DNA from: an uncultured Eubacteriales bacterium
GTDB taxonomy: Bacteria; Bacillota; Clostridia; Oscillospirales; CAG-272
DNA length: 64,000 bases
Direction of reading: 5' to 3'
NCBI GenBank assembly: GCA_934462825.1
Contig: CAKSIP010000003.1
Coordinates: forward strand, 477-64,476
Positions 9,068-19,491 of the stretch are shown here, in pieces. The position numbers and the translations under genes were made by a program. The notes beneath the pieces were generated by a model, which saw nothing but the letters and a program-made list of their open reading frames with translations, searched no databases and had not been told where the DNA came from. Position 1 is the first letter of the stretch. Every line of letters starts with the position of its first letter.

Positions 9068-9700
9068 ATGGAAAAGAATGAGCAAACTTCAAAGGAAAAA
9101 ATCAAGATTTCGTATCCTATCATCGTGGAAGGAAAATACGATCGGCTTCGTTTGCTGGATGTTGCGGATGCGTGGATCCTCACCACCGATGGTTTTGGAA
9201 TTTTCAATCAAAAAGAAAAAAGAGCCTTGCTGCAGGCTTTGGCGGCGAAAACGCCGGTGATCCTTTTGACCGACAGCGACGGAGCCGGCAAGCTGATTCG
9301 TTCCCACCTGACCGGTTGCTTGCCGCGGGATCGCGTGATTCAGCTGTATATACCGAAAATCCCCGGCAAGGAGAAGCGCAAGGCAACGCTCTCCGCCGAG
9401 GGGACGTTGGGCGTGGAGGGAATGGAAAAGGCCCTGCTGACGACGCTGTTGGCTCCCTATGCGGACGGCGCCGCGCCGCGCCCGGAAAATACGCTTTGCA
9501 AGGCCGATTTTTATCGGGACGGACTTTCGGGGCACCCGGATTGCGCGGAACGGCGCAATGCGCTGGCGGCACAGTTTCGCTTGCCGCCCGATATGACGGC
9601 CAATGCGTTGCTTGCGGCGCTTCGGATGATCGGCACGTATGAGGAATATCAAAAGGCCGTGGCCGCATTGGATGAAAAAAAGGAGGACATGCCTCGATGA
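9062..9700 (+). CDS. Toprim-domain protein (RNase M5-like / DUF4093 type)
   Basis: IIVEGKYD near the N-terminus and LLTDSDGAGKLIR (the acidic Toprim DxD cluster). 212 aa. The stop overlaps the next gene's start. Confidence 0.6.
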   Translation: MKMEKNEQTSKEKIKISYPIIVEGKYDRLRLLDVADAWILTTDGFGIFNQKEKRALLQALAAKTPVILLTDSDGAGKLIRSHLTGCLPRDRVIQLYIPKIPGKEKRKATLSAEGTLGVEGMEKALLTTLLAPYADGAAPRPENTLCKADFYRDGLSGHPDCAERRNALAAQFRLPPDMTANALLAALRMIGTYEEYQKAVAALDEKKEDMPR

Positions 9701-10884
9701 GAGAAAAACGAAAACAAAACGGAGCCATAAGCGATTGGCTGTATCGGCGATTGTGCGGGCGCTATGCGCCGGAAAGCCGTGCGGCCCGCGAACGCTGTGG
9801 CTTGGTTGTCAGCGTGATGGGGATTCTGCTCAACCTGCTGTTGTTTGCCGGCAAATTTTTGGTCGGTGTTCTGATCGGCTCGGTTTCCATTCGCGCCGAT
9901 GCGATCAACAACCTTTCCGATGCCGGTTCCTCCGTGATTTCCTGCGTCAGCTTTCGCATTTCCGCCAAGCCGGCTGACCGCAAGCATCCCTACGGGCATG
10001 CGAGAATTGAATATGTGGCCTCGATGATAGTTTCCTTTTTTGTCATGCTCATCGGTGTGGAGATATTTAAGGAGTCGGTCGGCAAATTGATAACGCCGTA
10101 TCAGACGGTGTTCAGCACCGTTTCCATGATCGTTCTTGCCCTGTCGGTGCTGGTAAAGCTCCTTTTGGCGCTTTTGAACCGGGGCATTGGAAAGCGGATT
10201 CAATCGGACGTGATGAAGGCAACCGCTGTGGACAGCCTGTCCGATGCCGCCGCCACATCGGGCGTTTTGCTTTGCGCCGTGATAGCGCGGGCCACGGGCT
10301 TTGACGCCGATGCCTACATGGGAATCTTGGTGGCCGTTATCATTTTGATTGCCGGCGTTAAGATTCTCGCCGAAACCAAGGATCACATTCTCGGAACCCA
10401 GCCGGATTCCGCTCTGGTGGAGTCCATCAAGGCGATTGTCCATCAGTATCCCGGCGCGCTGGGGATTCATGATCTGTACATTCACAATTACGGCCCCGGC
10501 CGCACCGTGGCCTCGATGCACATTGAGGTGGATGGCTCGGCCGACGTTTATGAATCGCATGATATGATCGACAACATTGAAAAGAAAATTGCGGCTGAGC
10601 TGGGAATGATTTGCACCATCCACATGGATCCCATTGTCACCGATGACGGACGCGTGAATGCGTTGCGCTGTATGGTGTTGGATCAGGTGCGCTTGATTGA
10701 TCCGCGCCTCAACATTCATGACTTCCGCGTGGTGGAGGGGCAGACGCATAGCAATTTGATCTTCGATGTGGAGGCTCCGTTTGAAATGAAAATGAGCAAC
10801 GAGGAGCTGGAAGAGGCGGTCAAGACGGCGGTGGCCGAATTGTCGCCCTCCTACTATGCCGTCACACAGATTGACCGAAAATAA
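9697..10884 (+). CDS. Cation diffusion facilitator family transporter
   Basis: Six predicted TM segments with ADAINNLSDAGSS and HPYGHARIE, plus a C-terminal cytoplasmic domain (HDLYIHNYGPG..., HMDP). Confidence 0.8.
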   Translation: MREKRKQNGAISDWLYRRLCGRYAPESRAARERCGLVVSVMGILLNLLLFAGKFLVGVLIGSVSIRADAINNLSDAGSSVISCVSFRISAKPADRKHPYGHARIEYVASMIVSFFVMLIGVEIFKESVGKLITPYQTVFSTVSMIVLALSVLVKLLLALLNRGIGKRIQSDVMKATAVDSLSDAAATSGVLLCAVIARATGFDADAYMGILVAVIILIAGVKILAETKDHILGTQPDSALVESIKAIVHQYPGALGIHDLYIHNYGPGRTVASMHIEVDGSADVYESHDMIDNIEKKIAAELGMICTIHMDPIVTDDGRVNALRCMVLDQVRLIDPRLNIHDFRVVEGQTHSNLIFDVEAPFEMKMSNEELEEAVKTAVAELSPSYYAVTQIDRK

Positions 10885-10893
10885 AAAAGCAAA

Positions 10894-10926
10894 GAGGCTG
10901 TTAAAAACACAAGGTTTTTAACAGCC
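10894..10926. repeat. Palindromic A-run/T-run element, copy c
   Basis: aggctgttaaaaac-acaag-gtttttaacagcct, 10 nt after the CDF stop. Confidence 0.75.
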
Positions 10927-10930
10927 TTTC

Positions 10931-10959
10931 AAAAAAAGGCCGGGATCCCGGCCTTTTTT
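10931..10959. terminator. Bidirectional rho-independent terminator
   Basis: aaaaaaa-ggccggga/tcccggcc-tttttt, a GC stem flanked by an A-run and a T-run. It lies between the convergent CDF and murI genes. Confidence 0.8.
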
Positions 10960-11047
10960 AGCGATTCTTGATCGGTTTTGCCTTCCGTATTTTTTTGGGG
11001 AATTGGTGGCAAAACGGCGGCGCTTTGCCGCATTCACGGCCGTTGCG

Positions 11048-11890
11048 CTAAGAGATGGCTTCCATTTGTTCAAGCCGTTGTAACAGCCGGAAAAACCGCG
11101 CCTGCTCGGCATCGTCGGACAAAGAGCCGGAGGAAAGAAACGTGACATGTTCCCGAAGCTCCTTTGGGGTGAGACACCGTGCGTCGCCGGGGTCTGCAGA
11201 GGCGGTACGGCCGATGCGCTGTAAAAGGCGGCTTATCGTGCCCGCAATGCCGTCAATCAGTGCGGTTTCGGGCGGGAAAAACGCGCGGAAGGTGTCTTTG
11301 AAGTAATTGAAGTGCGTGCATCCGAGTACAAAAGCCGAATAGGAGGAAAAGGAAGGGGCAAAAGGCGCCAGCGCTTCTCGGACATAGGCGCGCACCTCGT
11401 CGGTGTCAAAACACTCGGCTTCGGCCAATCGGACAAGGCCGGGCAAGGGGACAAGATCCGTTTGCTTTTCCCCATGGTAGAGGTCAATCAGACGGCGCAG
11501 CTTTTCGCCGCGAACGGTCACCGGTGTGGCGGCCGTCAAAATGCGCCTGTGACCGGCTCGGGTCAGGGCCGGCTTGACGGCCGGCTCCATGCCGATGATC
11601 GGCAGAGACGGCTCAAATTGTGCGCGCAGGCACGTGATGGCGGCGCTGGTCGCCGTATTGCAGGCGATGACAACGGAATCCGCGCCCATGGCGCGCAGGG
11701 TTTCCACAGCAACGGCAGAAAAGGCACATATTTCTTCCCGGCTTTTTTCGCCGTAGGGAACATGCGCCGTGTCGGCATAATAGAGAAAACGAGCGCTCGG
11801 CAGAGCGCGCAGGGCGGCCAGGAGAACCGAAAGGCCTCCGATGCCCGAATCAAAAATTCCGATGACAGGTTCCGAATCCATGGAGCGCAT
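11048..11890 (-). CDS. murI: Glutamate racemase
   Basis: IGIFDSGIGGLSV, ACNTAT and LGCTHF motifs. Start set at MRSMDSEP (internal to the 402-aa tracked ORF), because the upstream 122 codons have no MurI-like content. Confidence 0.85.
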   Translation of the reverse strand: MRSMDSEPVIGIFDSGIGGLSVLLAALRALPSARFLYYADTAHVPYGEKSREEICAFSAVAVETLRAMGADSVVIACNTATSAAITCLRAQFEPSLPIIGMEPAVKPALTRAGHRRILTAATPVTVRGEKLRRLIDLYHGEKQTDLVPLPGLVRLAEAECFDTDEVRAYVREALAPFAPSFSSYSAFVLGCTHFNYFKDTFRAFFPPETALIDGIAGTISRLLQRIGRTASADPGDARCLTPKELREHVTFLSSGSLSDDAEQARFFRLLQRLEQMEAIS

Positions 11891-12093
11891 TTGCCTTCTT
11901 TCTTTTGGCTTTGGGAAAATCCATCGCAGTTTATCACTATCCCTATCATTATACACGATTTCCCCCGAAATTTCAACGGCGGCGGTATTTTTCTTTTCGG
12001 AAAAGTGCGTCTTGACAGCCGCACGGAAAGGGAATATAATAAATACAATCAGAAAAAACCGCCAAACGGCGGGATAAAAAAGGAGGGCGGCTC

Positions 12094-13197
12094 GTGGAAA
12101 ACAGGAGCATAGACGAACGCACAAGCCCAAGGAGCAGTGCCGGGCAGAACAGCGCCGGTCGCTCGTCCGGCGTGCTGCCATGGCTGCGAGGCACGGCCTT
12201 TTTTTTGATTTTGACGATGGGGCTGATGTTCGGCGTCGGGTGCCGGAGGTTTGCACAGAAGCAACGCTTTGCGGTGACGGTCGTAGACCTTTTCGACACG
12301 GTGACGGAATTGATTGGTTATGCCGACAGTCGAGCCGAGTTTGACGCGCAATGGGAGCCGGTGTACGACACCTTGCATCGCCTGCATCGGTTGTACGATG
12401 CCTATTTCGTTTATGAAAACGTGGTCAACGTGGCGACTATCAACCAAAGCGTCGGGCAGGAGGAGCGGCATTTTCGCGTGGAGGAGGAGCTTTTTGCTCT
12501 GCTTCTGTTCGGGAAAAATGCTTATGCGTGGACAGAGGGAAAAGTCAATGCGGCCATGGGCTGTGTGACGTCGCTTTGGAAAGAGGCCGCCGAAACGGGC
12601 GTGCTGCCGTCCGAGACGGCGCTTGCCTCGGCGGCGACGCATAGCTCCTACGATTCCATCGTCCTGGAGGCGTCGGAGCGCACGGTAACCATCCGGGATT
12701 CACAGCTGAAGCTGGACGTGGGCGCCATCGCCAAAGGCTTTGCTCTGCGCAAAGCACGGGAGCTTTTGATCCGTGCCGGAGCTTTCGGCTATTGCTTGAA
12801 TCTCGGAGGGACGGTGTGCGCGTTCGGAACAAAACCGGATGGCAATGCTTTTGTGACGGGGATTCGCGGGCCGAGCGGGGATTCCTATGTTCGCACGCTG
12901 GCGTTGACCGGACAAACGGTTACAACCAGCGGTAACGCGTATCGTTCTTTTACAGTGGACGGACATCGCTATTCTCACTTGATTGATCCTTTTACGTGCT
13001 TCCCGGCCGAAACCTTTTATTCGGTGACGGTGACCTCGGAAGATCCGGCCGAGGGCGATGTTTTTTCGACGGCGCTGTTTTGCATGAGCGAGGCGGAGGG
13101 ACGCGCTCTTTTGGCCAAGTATCCGATGATTCGGGCGCTGTGGATAGATGCCAATGGGAAAATCACCGAAACGGAGGGCTTTGACGATACAAAGTAA
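12094..13197 (+). CDS. apbE: FAD:protein FMN transferase (ApbE family), probable lipoprotein
   Basis: GTG start 7 nt after AGGAGGG. The N-terminal hydrophobic segment ends in the lipobox-like FGVGC. ApbE signature segments AIAKGFA and YSHLIDP are present. Confidence 0.8.
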   Translation: MENRSIDERTSPRSSAGQNSAGRSSGVLPWLRGTAFFLILTMGLMFGVGCRRFAQKQRFAVTVVDLFDTVTELIGYADSRAEFDAQWEPVYDTLHRLHRLYDAYFVYENVVNVATINQSVGQEERHFRVEEELFALLLFGKNAYAWTEGKVNAAMGCVTSLWKEAAETGVLPSETALASAATHSSYDSIVLEASERTVTIRDSQLKLDVGAIAKGFALRKARELLIRAGAFGYCLNLGGTVCAFGTKPDGNAFVTGIRGPSGDSYVRTLALTGQTVTTSGNAYRSFTVDGHRYSHLIDPFTCFPAETFYSVTVTSEDPAEGDVFSTALFCMSEAEGRALLAKYPMIRALWIDANGKITETEGFDDTK

Positions 13198-13212
13198 AGA
13201 ATACGAAACAGA

Positions 13213-13253
13213 GGGGGTGTTAAAAAACTCAGGATGAGTTTTTTAACACCCCC
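13213..13253. repeat. Palindromic A-run/T-run element, copy d
   Basis: gggggtgttaaaaaactc-aggat-gagttttttaacaccccc, between convergent apbE and ftsH. It is nearly identical, including the right flank ccaacga..ttgg, to copy f at 57829. Confidence 0.85.
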
Positions 13254-13274
13254 AACGATGTTGGTTTCGGTAGT

Positions 13275-15296
13275 TTACAGGTGAGATGATTCGTGACGGT
13301 CGTTCGACGCTTCGTCGGAAGCGCTTTCGTCCGTGTTGTCCGAAGCCTGTTCTTTGGCCGCATCGCTCGCGCGTTTGGCATTGGCTTCGCGGCTTTGACG
13401 GGACTTTTTCTCCGCAATCGCTTCCAGCGTAGCGGTATCGGCTCCGTCATCCATGGCCGCTTTGAATTGATCGCCGTCCATCGTTTCATGGGTAAACAGA
13501 TATTCAGCCACAAAATGAAGCTTATCTATATTTTCGCTCAGAATCCGTTTGGCGGTTTCGTGCGCTTCGGTAATGATCTTATGCACTTCATCGTCGATCA
13601 AAGCGGAAATCTTTTCGGAGTGATCGGGCGAGGCCGAAAAGTCACGTCCCAAAAACACTTCACTGCTTTCACTGCCGTAGTGAACCGGGCCAAGCAGGTC
13701 GCTCATGCCAAGCTCTGTCACCATGCGGCGAGCCAGGCGCGTGGCTCTCTGAATATCATTGGAAGCACCGCCGGAGAAATCCTTGTTGATCAGTTCTTCC
13801 GCGGCACGTCCGCCGAGCATCATAGCGATTTTTTGCTTAATTTCTTCACGGTAGATGCTGAATTTATCTTCCACCGGCGGATTCAGTGTGTAGCCGAGGG
13901 CGTTGCCGCTTGGAACAATGGAGATAAGCTGTACGGGATCGTTGTAAGGCAGCACATGCGCCACAATGGCATGGCCAGCTTCGTGATACGCCGTGTTTCG
14001 CAGCTCGGATTCTTTGATCTTGCGCGTTTTCTTTTTCGGGCCGGCCACGATTTTCAGATAAGCATCCTCAATGTCCTGCCGACCGATCAGGGATTTGCCG
14101 CGGCGGGCGGCCAGCAAAGCGGCTTCGTTCAAAAGGTTGGCCAGATCGGCGCCGGTGAAGCCCACCGTTGTTTTGGCAATGTCAAAAAGATTGACGGAAT
14201 CCTCCAGGGGCTTGTTGCGCGCGTGCACCTTCAAAATGTCGGCGCGCCCCTGCAAATCGGGGTAGTTGACGGTAATCTGACGGTCAAAGCGTCCGGGGCG
14301 GAGCAGAGCGGGATCGAGGATGTCGGGGCGGTTGGTGGCCGCAATGACGATGATGCCATCGTGCGAGCCGAAGCCGTCCATTTCCACAAGAAGCTGGTTG
14401 AGCGTTTGCTCACGCTCATCGTGGCCGCCGCCGAGGCCTGCGCCTCTGTGACGTCCCACGGCGTCGATTTCATCAATAAATACGATAGAAGCCGGGGCTT
14501 TGCGCGCGGTTTCAAACAGATCGCGGACGCGAGAGGCACCCACGCCAACGTACATTTCCACAAAATCCGATCCGGAGATGGAGAAGAAAGGAACACCTGC
14601 TTCGCCGGCTACCGCTTTCGCCAACAGCGTTTTACCGGTACCGGGAGGGCCTACAAGAAGGACGCCGTGCGGGATTTTAGCGCCGAGCTTTGTGAATTTG
14701 GGCGGGTTTTTCAGAAATTCCACCACTTCCTCCAGCTCGGCCTTTTCCTCATCGGCACCGGCGACATCGGCAAAGGTGACGCGGTTTTTATCCGAGGAAG
14801 GCACTTTGACGCGGGCCTTGCCAAAGGAGGCAATTTTTCCGCCGGGGTTGTTGGCGCGTCCGACGAAGAAGATCCAGAACACGATGAACAGGACAATCAG
14901 AACGATATAGGGCAAAAAGGACACCCAGAAGGGGATGGTGGCCTCCGGCTCATAATGATACGATGTGATGATGCCGCGATCCACCTGGTTTACCACGAAT
15001 TTTTCATAAATGTCCTCGTGGAAAAAGCTCAGGCTGCGAAGCTTGAAGGAGACCGTTTGCTTTTCGGCTTCCCCGTAGTTGATGGTGCCGTCTGCATTTT
15101 TCTTGTACAGTGTCAACGTCAGAACATTGTCATTGCTGACGACGAACTCTTTGACACGCTCCTCCTTGAAGTAGGTATAGACCTCAAAGGTGGTAAGCTC
15201 TTTCTGCTTAAAAGAACCGCTTACATAGACGACGATCAGGATGACCGTGCCGATCAGAAGCAGGTAGAGCAATAGCGTTTTCAGACCTTTTTTCAT
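13275..15296 (-). CDS. ftsH: ATP-dependent zinc metalloprotease FtsH
   Basis: N-terminal TM segment, Walker [14 protein letters not shown], the AAA second region of homology, and the zinc site HEAGHA. Confidence 0.95.
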   Translation of the reverse strand: MKKGLKTLLLYLLLIGTVILIVVYVSGSFKQKELTTFEVYTYFKEERVKEFVVSNDNVLTLTLYKKNADGTINYGEAEKQTVSFKLRSLSFFHEDIYEKFVVNQVDRGIITSYHYEPEATIPFWVSFLPYIVLIVLFIVFWIFFVGRANNPGGKIASFGKARVKVPSSDKNRVTFADVAGADEEKAELEEVVEFLKNPPKFTKLGAKIPHGVLLVGPPGTGKTLLAKAVAGEAGVPFFSISGSDFVEMYVGVGASRVRDLFETARKAPASIVFIDEIDAVGRHRGAGLGGGHDEREQTLNQLLVEMDGFGSHDGIIVIAATNRPDILDPALLRPGRFDRQITVNYPDLQGRADILKVHARNKPLEDSVNLFDIAKTTVGFTGADLANLLNEAALLAARRGKSLIGRQDIEDAYLKIVAGPKKKTRKIKESELRNTAYHEAGHAIVAHVLPYNDPVQLISIVPSGNALGYTLNPPVEDKFSIYREEIKQKIAMMLGGRAAEELINKDFSGGASNDIQRATRLARRMVTELGMSDLLGPVHYGSESSEVFLGRDFSASPDHSEKISALIDDEVHKIITEAHETAKRILSENIDKLHFVAEYLFTHETMDGDQFKAAMDDGADTATLEAIAEKKSRQSREANAKRASDAAKEQASDNTDESASDEASNDRHESSHL

Positions 15297-15355
15297 TATT
15301 TTGATTCCTTTCCGGTTTTGTGTACGATTTTAGCTGTTGAGCCGCGCGGGTTTTG

Positions 15356-15901
15356 TCAGCAATAGGCTTCTTTTTTCAGAACGCCCACATAGGGAAGGTT
15401 GCGATATTTTTCATCGAAGTCGAGGCCAAAGCCGACCACAAAGGCATCGGGAATGACCTTGCCTACATAATCGGGGGTGAAATCCACCTCGCGGCGGCAG
15501 GGCTTGTCGAGCAGCGTGCAGGTTTTTACGCTGTGCGCCCCCTTCAATTCCAGGTATTTGGTAAGGTGGGACAAGGTATGACCGCTGTCTACAATGTCCT
15601 CAATGATGATAATATCGGTTTGATCCATGTCGTGGCGGCACAGATCCAAAAGAATATTGATCCGGCCGGAGGAGGTGGTGCCGGCTCCGTAAGAGGAAAC
15701 CTTCATAAAGTCGATTTCCACGGGCAGGGAGATTTTTTTCATCAACTCGCCCATAAATACGACCGAGCCTTTCAAAATGCAAAGCAAAAGCAGCTTTTTG
15801 CCCGAATCGGTGTAATCTTCATCAATTTGACGGGCAATCCGCGTGGTAATCTCGTCAATTTCTTTTTCATCTACCAGAATTTTTTCAATGTCCTTATTCA
15901 T
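15356..15901 (-). CDS. hpt: Hypoxanthine phosphoribosyltransferase
   Basis: 181 aa with the PRPP-binding segment IIIIEDIVDSGHTL. Sits in the conserved tilS-hpt-ftsH order. Confidence 0.9.
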   Translation of the reverse strand: MNKDIEKILVDEKEIDEITTRIARQIDEDYTDSGKKLLLLCILKGSVVFMGELMKKISLPVEIDFMKVSSYGAGTTSSGRINILLDLCRHDMDQTDIIIIEDIVDSGHTLSHLTKYLELKGAHSVKTCTLLDKPCRREVDFTPDYVGKVIPDAFVVGFGLDFDEKYRNLPYVGVLKKEAYC

Positions 15902-16014
15902 GCTTTTTTCGTGGCTTTCGTGGGTACGAAAGGATCCTTTCCCGGGAAATGGACGTGCCCGTCGGACGCGCTTTCCCCATTTTCCTTAAATTATATTGTA
16001 GGATTTTGTTTTTC

Positions 16015-17562
16015 TCAAAGGAACAGTGCATAGTGTATCGCATGGATTCCCCGGCGGGCGCCGTCGGCCGTCGCAAGGCCGGGAAGGCAAAGGATTTCGC
16101 CGCTTTCGGCATCGCAGATTAAGGGAAACCGATTGCGAAGGGGAGGCGGAAGCTTTTTTTCGTTCATCAGCTTTCGCACACTTTTGTGCATGCCGCCGCA
16201 AAGAATGACGTCGCCCGGTTTACGGCAACGTAAAAGAAGCGACTTGTTTATTGTATCAAATTTCATACAACCCTTTGTAGCGAATTTGTAAATATTTGTG
16301 CTTGCCGGATTTTTTGAAGCTTCTCCGTCGGAAAAGGCGGGGGAACGCTTTCCGCCGTTGTCGTCCGTCCGACCGAGGTCGGTGGGCAGGGATGTTTCGT
16401 CCATGGCGTCGGGGGCAAGCATCAGACAGCCCCCGGTCGGCAACGCATTGGGGCCGATCACAGCCGGGAAGGCATAGTCTTCTTCGGCGGGGGCGCCGCT
16501 TTTTTGCCGCGAATCGGGAACCACGCGCCAATACCCGCTTTGCAATACGGCTTTGGCTTTGCCGGGCAAGGAAAGGCAGGCGCCGTCTTTGCTTTGCCGG
16601 CTCATGCGTGCAAACGCGTCGATATGGCATTGCTCGGGCATGGCGTCAAAGCCGCCGCGGCGCATCAATTCGGTAAGGACAAAGGGAAAAGCCGCGGCAG
16701 AAAGCGCAGGCTCGCGCAATCGTGCGGCCGGAATTTGATTGCCCTCAAATAAGGAAAGCGCTTCGGTGCGCAACGGGGCACAAAGCTGACGCATCGCGTC
16801 GGACAAGCGGAGCGCCGCGCGGCGAAGCGAGGGATTGATCGTTTCCAGCAGGGGAATGACCTCCAGCCGGATTTTGTTTCGGGTATAGGCAGTGTCGTTG
16901 TTGGTGCTGTCGCTGACAAAAGCGAGGCTGTGCGTCTGGCAATAGGCTAAGATGTCGGCCTTGGACACGCCGAGCAACGGACGGACAAGCCGACCGCCGG
17001 CAAAATCCCTGACCGGGGGAATGCCGCACATCCCGCCCACACCGCAGCCGCGCACCAAATGAAACAGCAAGGTTTCCAAATTGTCATCGGCGTTGTGCGC
17101 CGTGCAGAGAATGGGAATATGATGCTGTCGCATCAGTTTTTCAAAAAAAGCGTATCGGACGCGCCGCGCCTCCGTTTCTAAGCTTTGCCCGGAACGCGCG
17201 GCCAACGCCGGCACATCGGTTTCGCAAAGAAAAATGTCACGGCACGACGGACAGGACTTGGCCAACGACAGACAAAAGTCGCGGTCGCGTAGCGATTCCT
17301 CTCCGCGGATCCCGTGCTGCACATGGCAGGCGTAGAAATAGGTGTGATTTCTCTCACATTCATGCGCGATCTGATCAAAAAGGACGCGGGAATCGGCGCC
17401 GCCCGAAAGGGCGACCAGCACCGGCCCTGTGACACCGTCCGGCCGCTCGGCCAGCCGCGCCGGCGAAATATATCCGGCAAGGGCAGGGAAAGCGCCCTTG
17501 TCGGCTTCGGAATCCGATGGGCGTGAGGGCGGACAGGTGGCTTTCCATGTATGTTTATCCAT
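16015..17562 (-). CDS. tilS: tRNA(Ile)-lysidine synthase
   Basis: PP-loop VALSGGADS and a TilS C-terminal segment (RKPGDVI...KLMNEKKLPP). Start set at MDKHTW, which overlaps the dnaB stop by 8 nt and leaves about 45 residues before the PP-loop. The exact start is uncertain. Confidence 0.8.
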   Translation of the reverse strand: MDKHTWKATCPPSRPSDSEADKGAFPALAGYISPARLAERPDGVTGPVLVALSGGADSRVLFDQIAHECERNHTYFYACHVQHGIRGEESLRDRDFCLSLAKSCPSCRDIFLCETDVPALAARSGQSLETEARRVRYAFFEKLMRQHHIPILCTAHNADDNLETLLFHLVRGCGVGGMCGIPPVRDFAGGRLVRPLLGVSKADILAYCQTHSLAFVSDSTNNDTAYTRNKIRLEVIPLLETINPSLRRAALRLSDAMRQLCAPLRTEALSLFEGNQIPAARLREPALSAAAFPFVLTELMRRGGFDAMPEQCHIDAFARMSRQSKDGACLSLPGKAKAVLQSGYWRVVPDSRQKSGAPAEEDYAFPAVIGPNALPTGGCLMLAPDAMDETSLPTDLGRTDDNGGKRSPAFSDGEASKNPASTNIYKFATKGCMKFDTINKSLLLRCRKPGDVILCGGMHKSVRKLMNEKKLPPPLRNRFPLICDAESGEILCLPGLATADGARRGIHAIHYALFL

Positions 17563-18928
17563 GGCCCGGCGTTTCCTCGCTGGCCAAGGAACGGAACTTG
17601 GTGTAACGGCCAATCCATCCCATTTTCACCGTCCCGGTGGAGCCGTGACGGTTTTTGGCGATAATGACTTCACAGATGTTGCCGTCATTTTCCACCGGCG
17701 CTTCATCCGTCTTATAATATTCATCGCGGTAGAGGAACATGACGACATCGGCGTCCTGCTCAATCGCGCCCGAATCACGCAAATCGGAAAGCATGGGCTT
17801 TTTGCTGGTTCTGGCCTCCGGGCCGCGGGAAAGCTGCGCGCAGCAGATGACGGGAACCATCAATTCCTTGGCCATGATTTTCATGGCGCGGGAAATGTCG
17901 CCCACCTCCTGCACCCGGTTGTCGGTGTGGCGCTCGCCTTGCATGAGCTGAAGATAGTCCACAATGACAAGGCCGAGGTTGTCCACCCGGCGAAGCTTGG
18001 CTTTCATTTCGGTTACATTGATACCGGAGGTATCGTCAATAAGAATATCACTGCCGGCCAGACGGGAAGCCGCCTCGGCCAGCCGATCCCATTCTTCGGG
18101 CTTGAGATTGCCCGAACGCATGGAGTAGCTGTCGATCATGGCTTCGCTGGAAAGGATACGGGAAACCAGCTGTTCCGAAGACATTTCCAGCGAAAAGATG
18201 CAGACTTTTTTCTTGGTTTGAATGGCGACGTTTGTGCCGATGTTGAGCGCAAAGCTGGTTTTTCCCATACCGGGGCGGGCGCCCACCAAAAGCAGGTCGC
18301 TTTTTCCCATGCCGGCCAGCACGGTGTCAAGTCCCGAAAAGCCGGTCTTGGTGCCGCGCACCGATTCGGCATCGGTGCTGAGTGCCTGCAAATTGGCATA
18401 CACATCCCCTAAAACCTCCCGGATGTGCTGGAAGTTGCGTGTGTCGCGCCCCTGCGCAATTTCAAAAATTTTGCTTTCGGCGTAATCCACAATGGCGGCC
18501 GTGGAGCTTTGCTCGCTGTACGCGGTGTCGGAAATTTCGCCGCATACGGTAATCAAGCTGCGCAGCACGCTCTTTTCTTTTACAATGCGCGCATAGTCCT
18601 TGACATTGAGCGCGTTGGGCACAACTTGCGACAGCGTGCGGATGTAGTCCTCTCCGCCCGATTTGTCATAGATCCCCTTGCGTACCAACACGTCAATCAG
18701 GGTAACAATATCAATCTCGCTGTTCGTCAAAAACAGCTCGTGCATGGCAAGATAGATCTGTGTATGCTCCGAAATATAAAAGTCGGAGGCGCTGACGCGG
18801 TCGGCAATTTCATTAAAGGCATCAGGATCTATCAAAACGGAGCCGAGAAGCGATTGCTCTGCAATCAGCGAGAAGGGCATTTTTCGGATGATTTCCTCAT
18901 TCATGGTGCAAATATCGTCCTTTTCCAA
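17555..18928 (-). CDS. dnaB: Replicative DNA helicase
   Basis: 457 aa with a DnaB N-terminal domain (PFSLIAEQSLLGSVL) and Walker A GARPGMGKTSFAL. No intein-sized insertion. Confidence 0.95.
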   Translation of the reverse strand: MEKDDICTMNEEIIRKMPFSLIAEQSLLGSVLIDPDAFNEIADRVSASDFYISEHTQIYLAMHELFLTNSEIDIVTLIDVLVRKGIYDKSGGEDYIRTLSQVVPNALNVKDYARIVKEKSVLRSLITVCGEISDTAYSEQSSTAAIVDYAESKIFEIAQGRDTRNFQHIREVLGDVYANLQALSTDAESVRGTKTGFSGLDTVLAGMGKSDLLLVGARPGMGKTSFALNIGTNVAIQTKKKVCIFSLEMSSEQLVSRILSSEAMIDSYSMRSGNLKPEEWDRLAEAASRLAGSDILIDDTSGINVTEMKAKLRRVDNLGLVIVDYLQLMQGERHTDNRVQEVGDISRAMKIMAKELMVPVICCAQLSRGPEARTSKKPMLSDLRDSGAIEQDADVVMFLYRDEYYKTDEAPVENDGNICEVIIAKNRHGSTGTVKMGWIGRYTKFRSLASEETPGHG

Positions 18929-18996
18929 TCAATAAAATAAGAATCAACGGGTGGCGGTGGAATGGCTCCCCTCCAAAGCGATGGTTTCCTTATGCC

Positions 18997-19443
18997 TTAT
19001 TTGTCGGAAACAACGACTTTGACCTTGCCGGCAATGTCGGTGTACAGCTTGACTTCGGCCAGATAGGTTCCGAAAGCCTTGATGTTTTCTGCTAACGTGA
19101 GCTTGCGGCGGTCAATGACAATTCCGTGTTGCTTTTCCAAGGCTTCGGCAATGTCTTTGGCTGTGACGGAACCGTACAGCTTGCCGTCCGCGCCGGCCTG
19201 TCCGACAATTTTGACCGTGACCTTGCCGAGCTTTTCGGCTGTTTCACGGGCGGCGGCTTTTTCCGTTTCGATTTTATACAGGCGCGATTCCTCACGGTTT
19301 TTCACTTCGTTGATCGCCTTGGCGTCAGCCGGGACAGCCAGCCCGCGAGGCAAAAGAAAGTTGCGGGCGTATCCGTCCGAAACTTCAATAATCTGATCTT
19401 TTTTTCCTTGTCCTTTCACATCTTGCGTAAGTATAAGTTTCAT
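18997..19443 (-). CDS. rplI: 50S ribosomal protein L9
   Basis: [36 protein letters not shown], 148 aa. Confidence 0.95.
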   Translation of the reverse strand: MKLILTQDVKGQGKKDQIIEVSDGYARNFLLPRGLAVPADAKAINEVKNREESRLYKIETEKAAARETAEKLGKVTVKIVGQAGADGKLYGSVTAKDIAEALEKQHGIVIDRRKLTLAENIKAFGTYLAEVKLYTDIAGKVKVVVSDK

Positions 19444-19491
19444 GTGATTTGTCCTCCTAATATGCTATATCCGTATGCGAAAATGAGACGA

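Noticed and set aside
13293-15275. 660-aa plus-strand ORF opposite ftsH. The same pattern occurs at 23182-24957 (opposite rimP/nusA), 55607-57364 (opposite plsX/GNAT), 41585-43558 and 43363-44616 (opposite array genes), 9649-10749 (opposite the CDF gene), 8158-8943 (opposite uppP) and 62152-63354.
   Set aside because: All of these are antisense shadows of genes with clear family motifs. Their compositions are low-information (R, G, H, A, V) and they lack RBS and start context.
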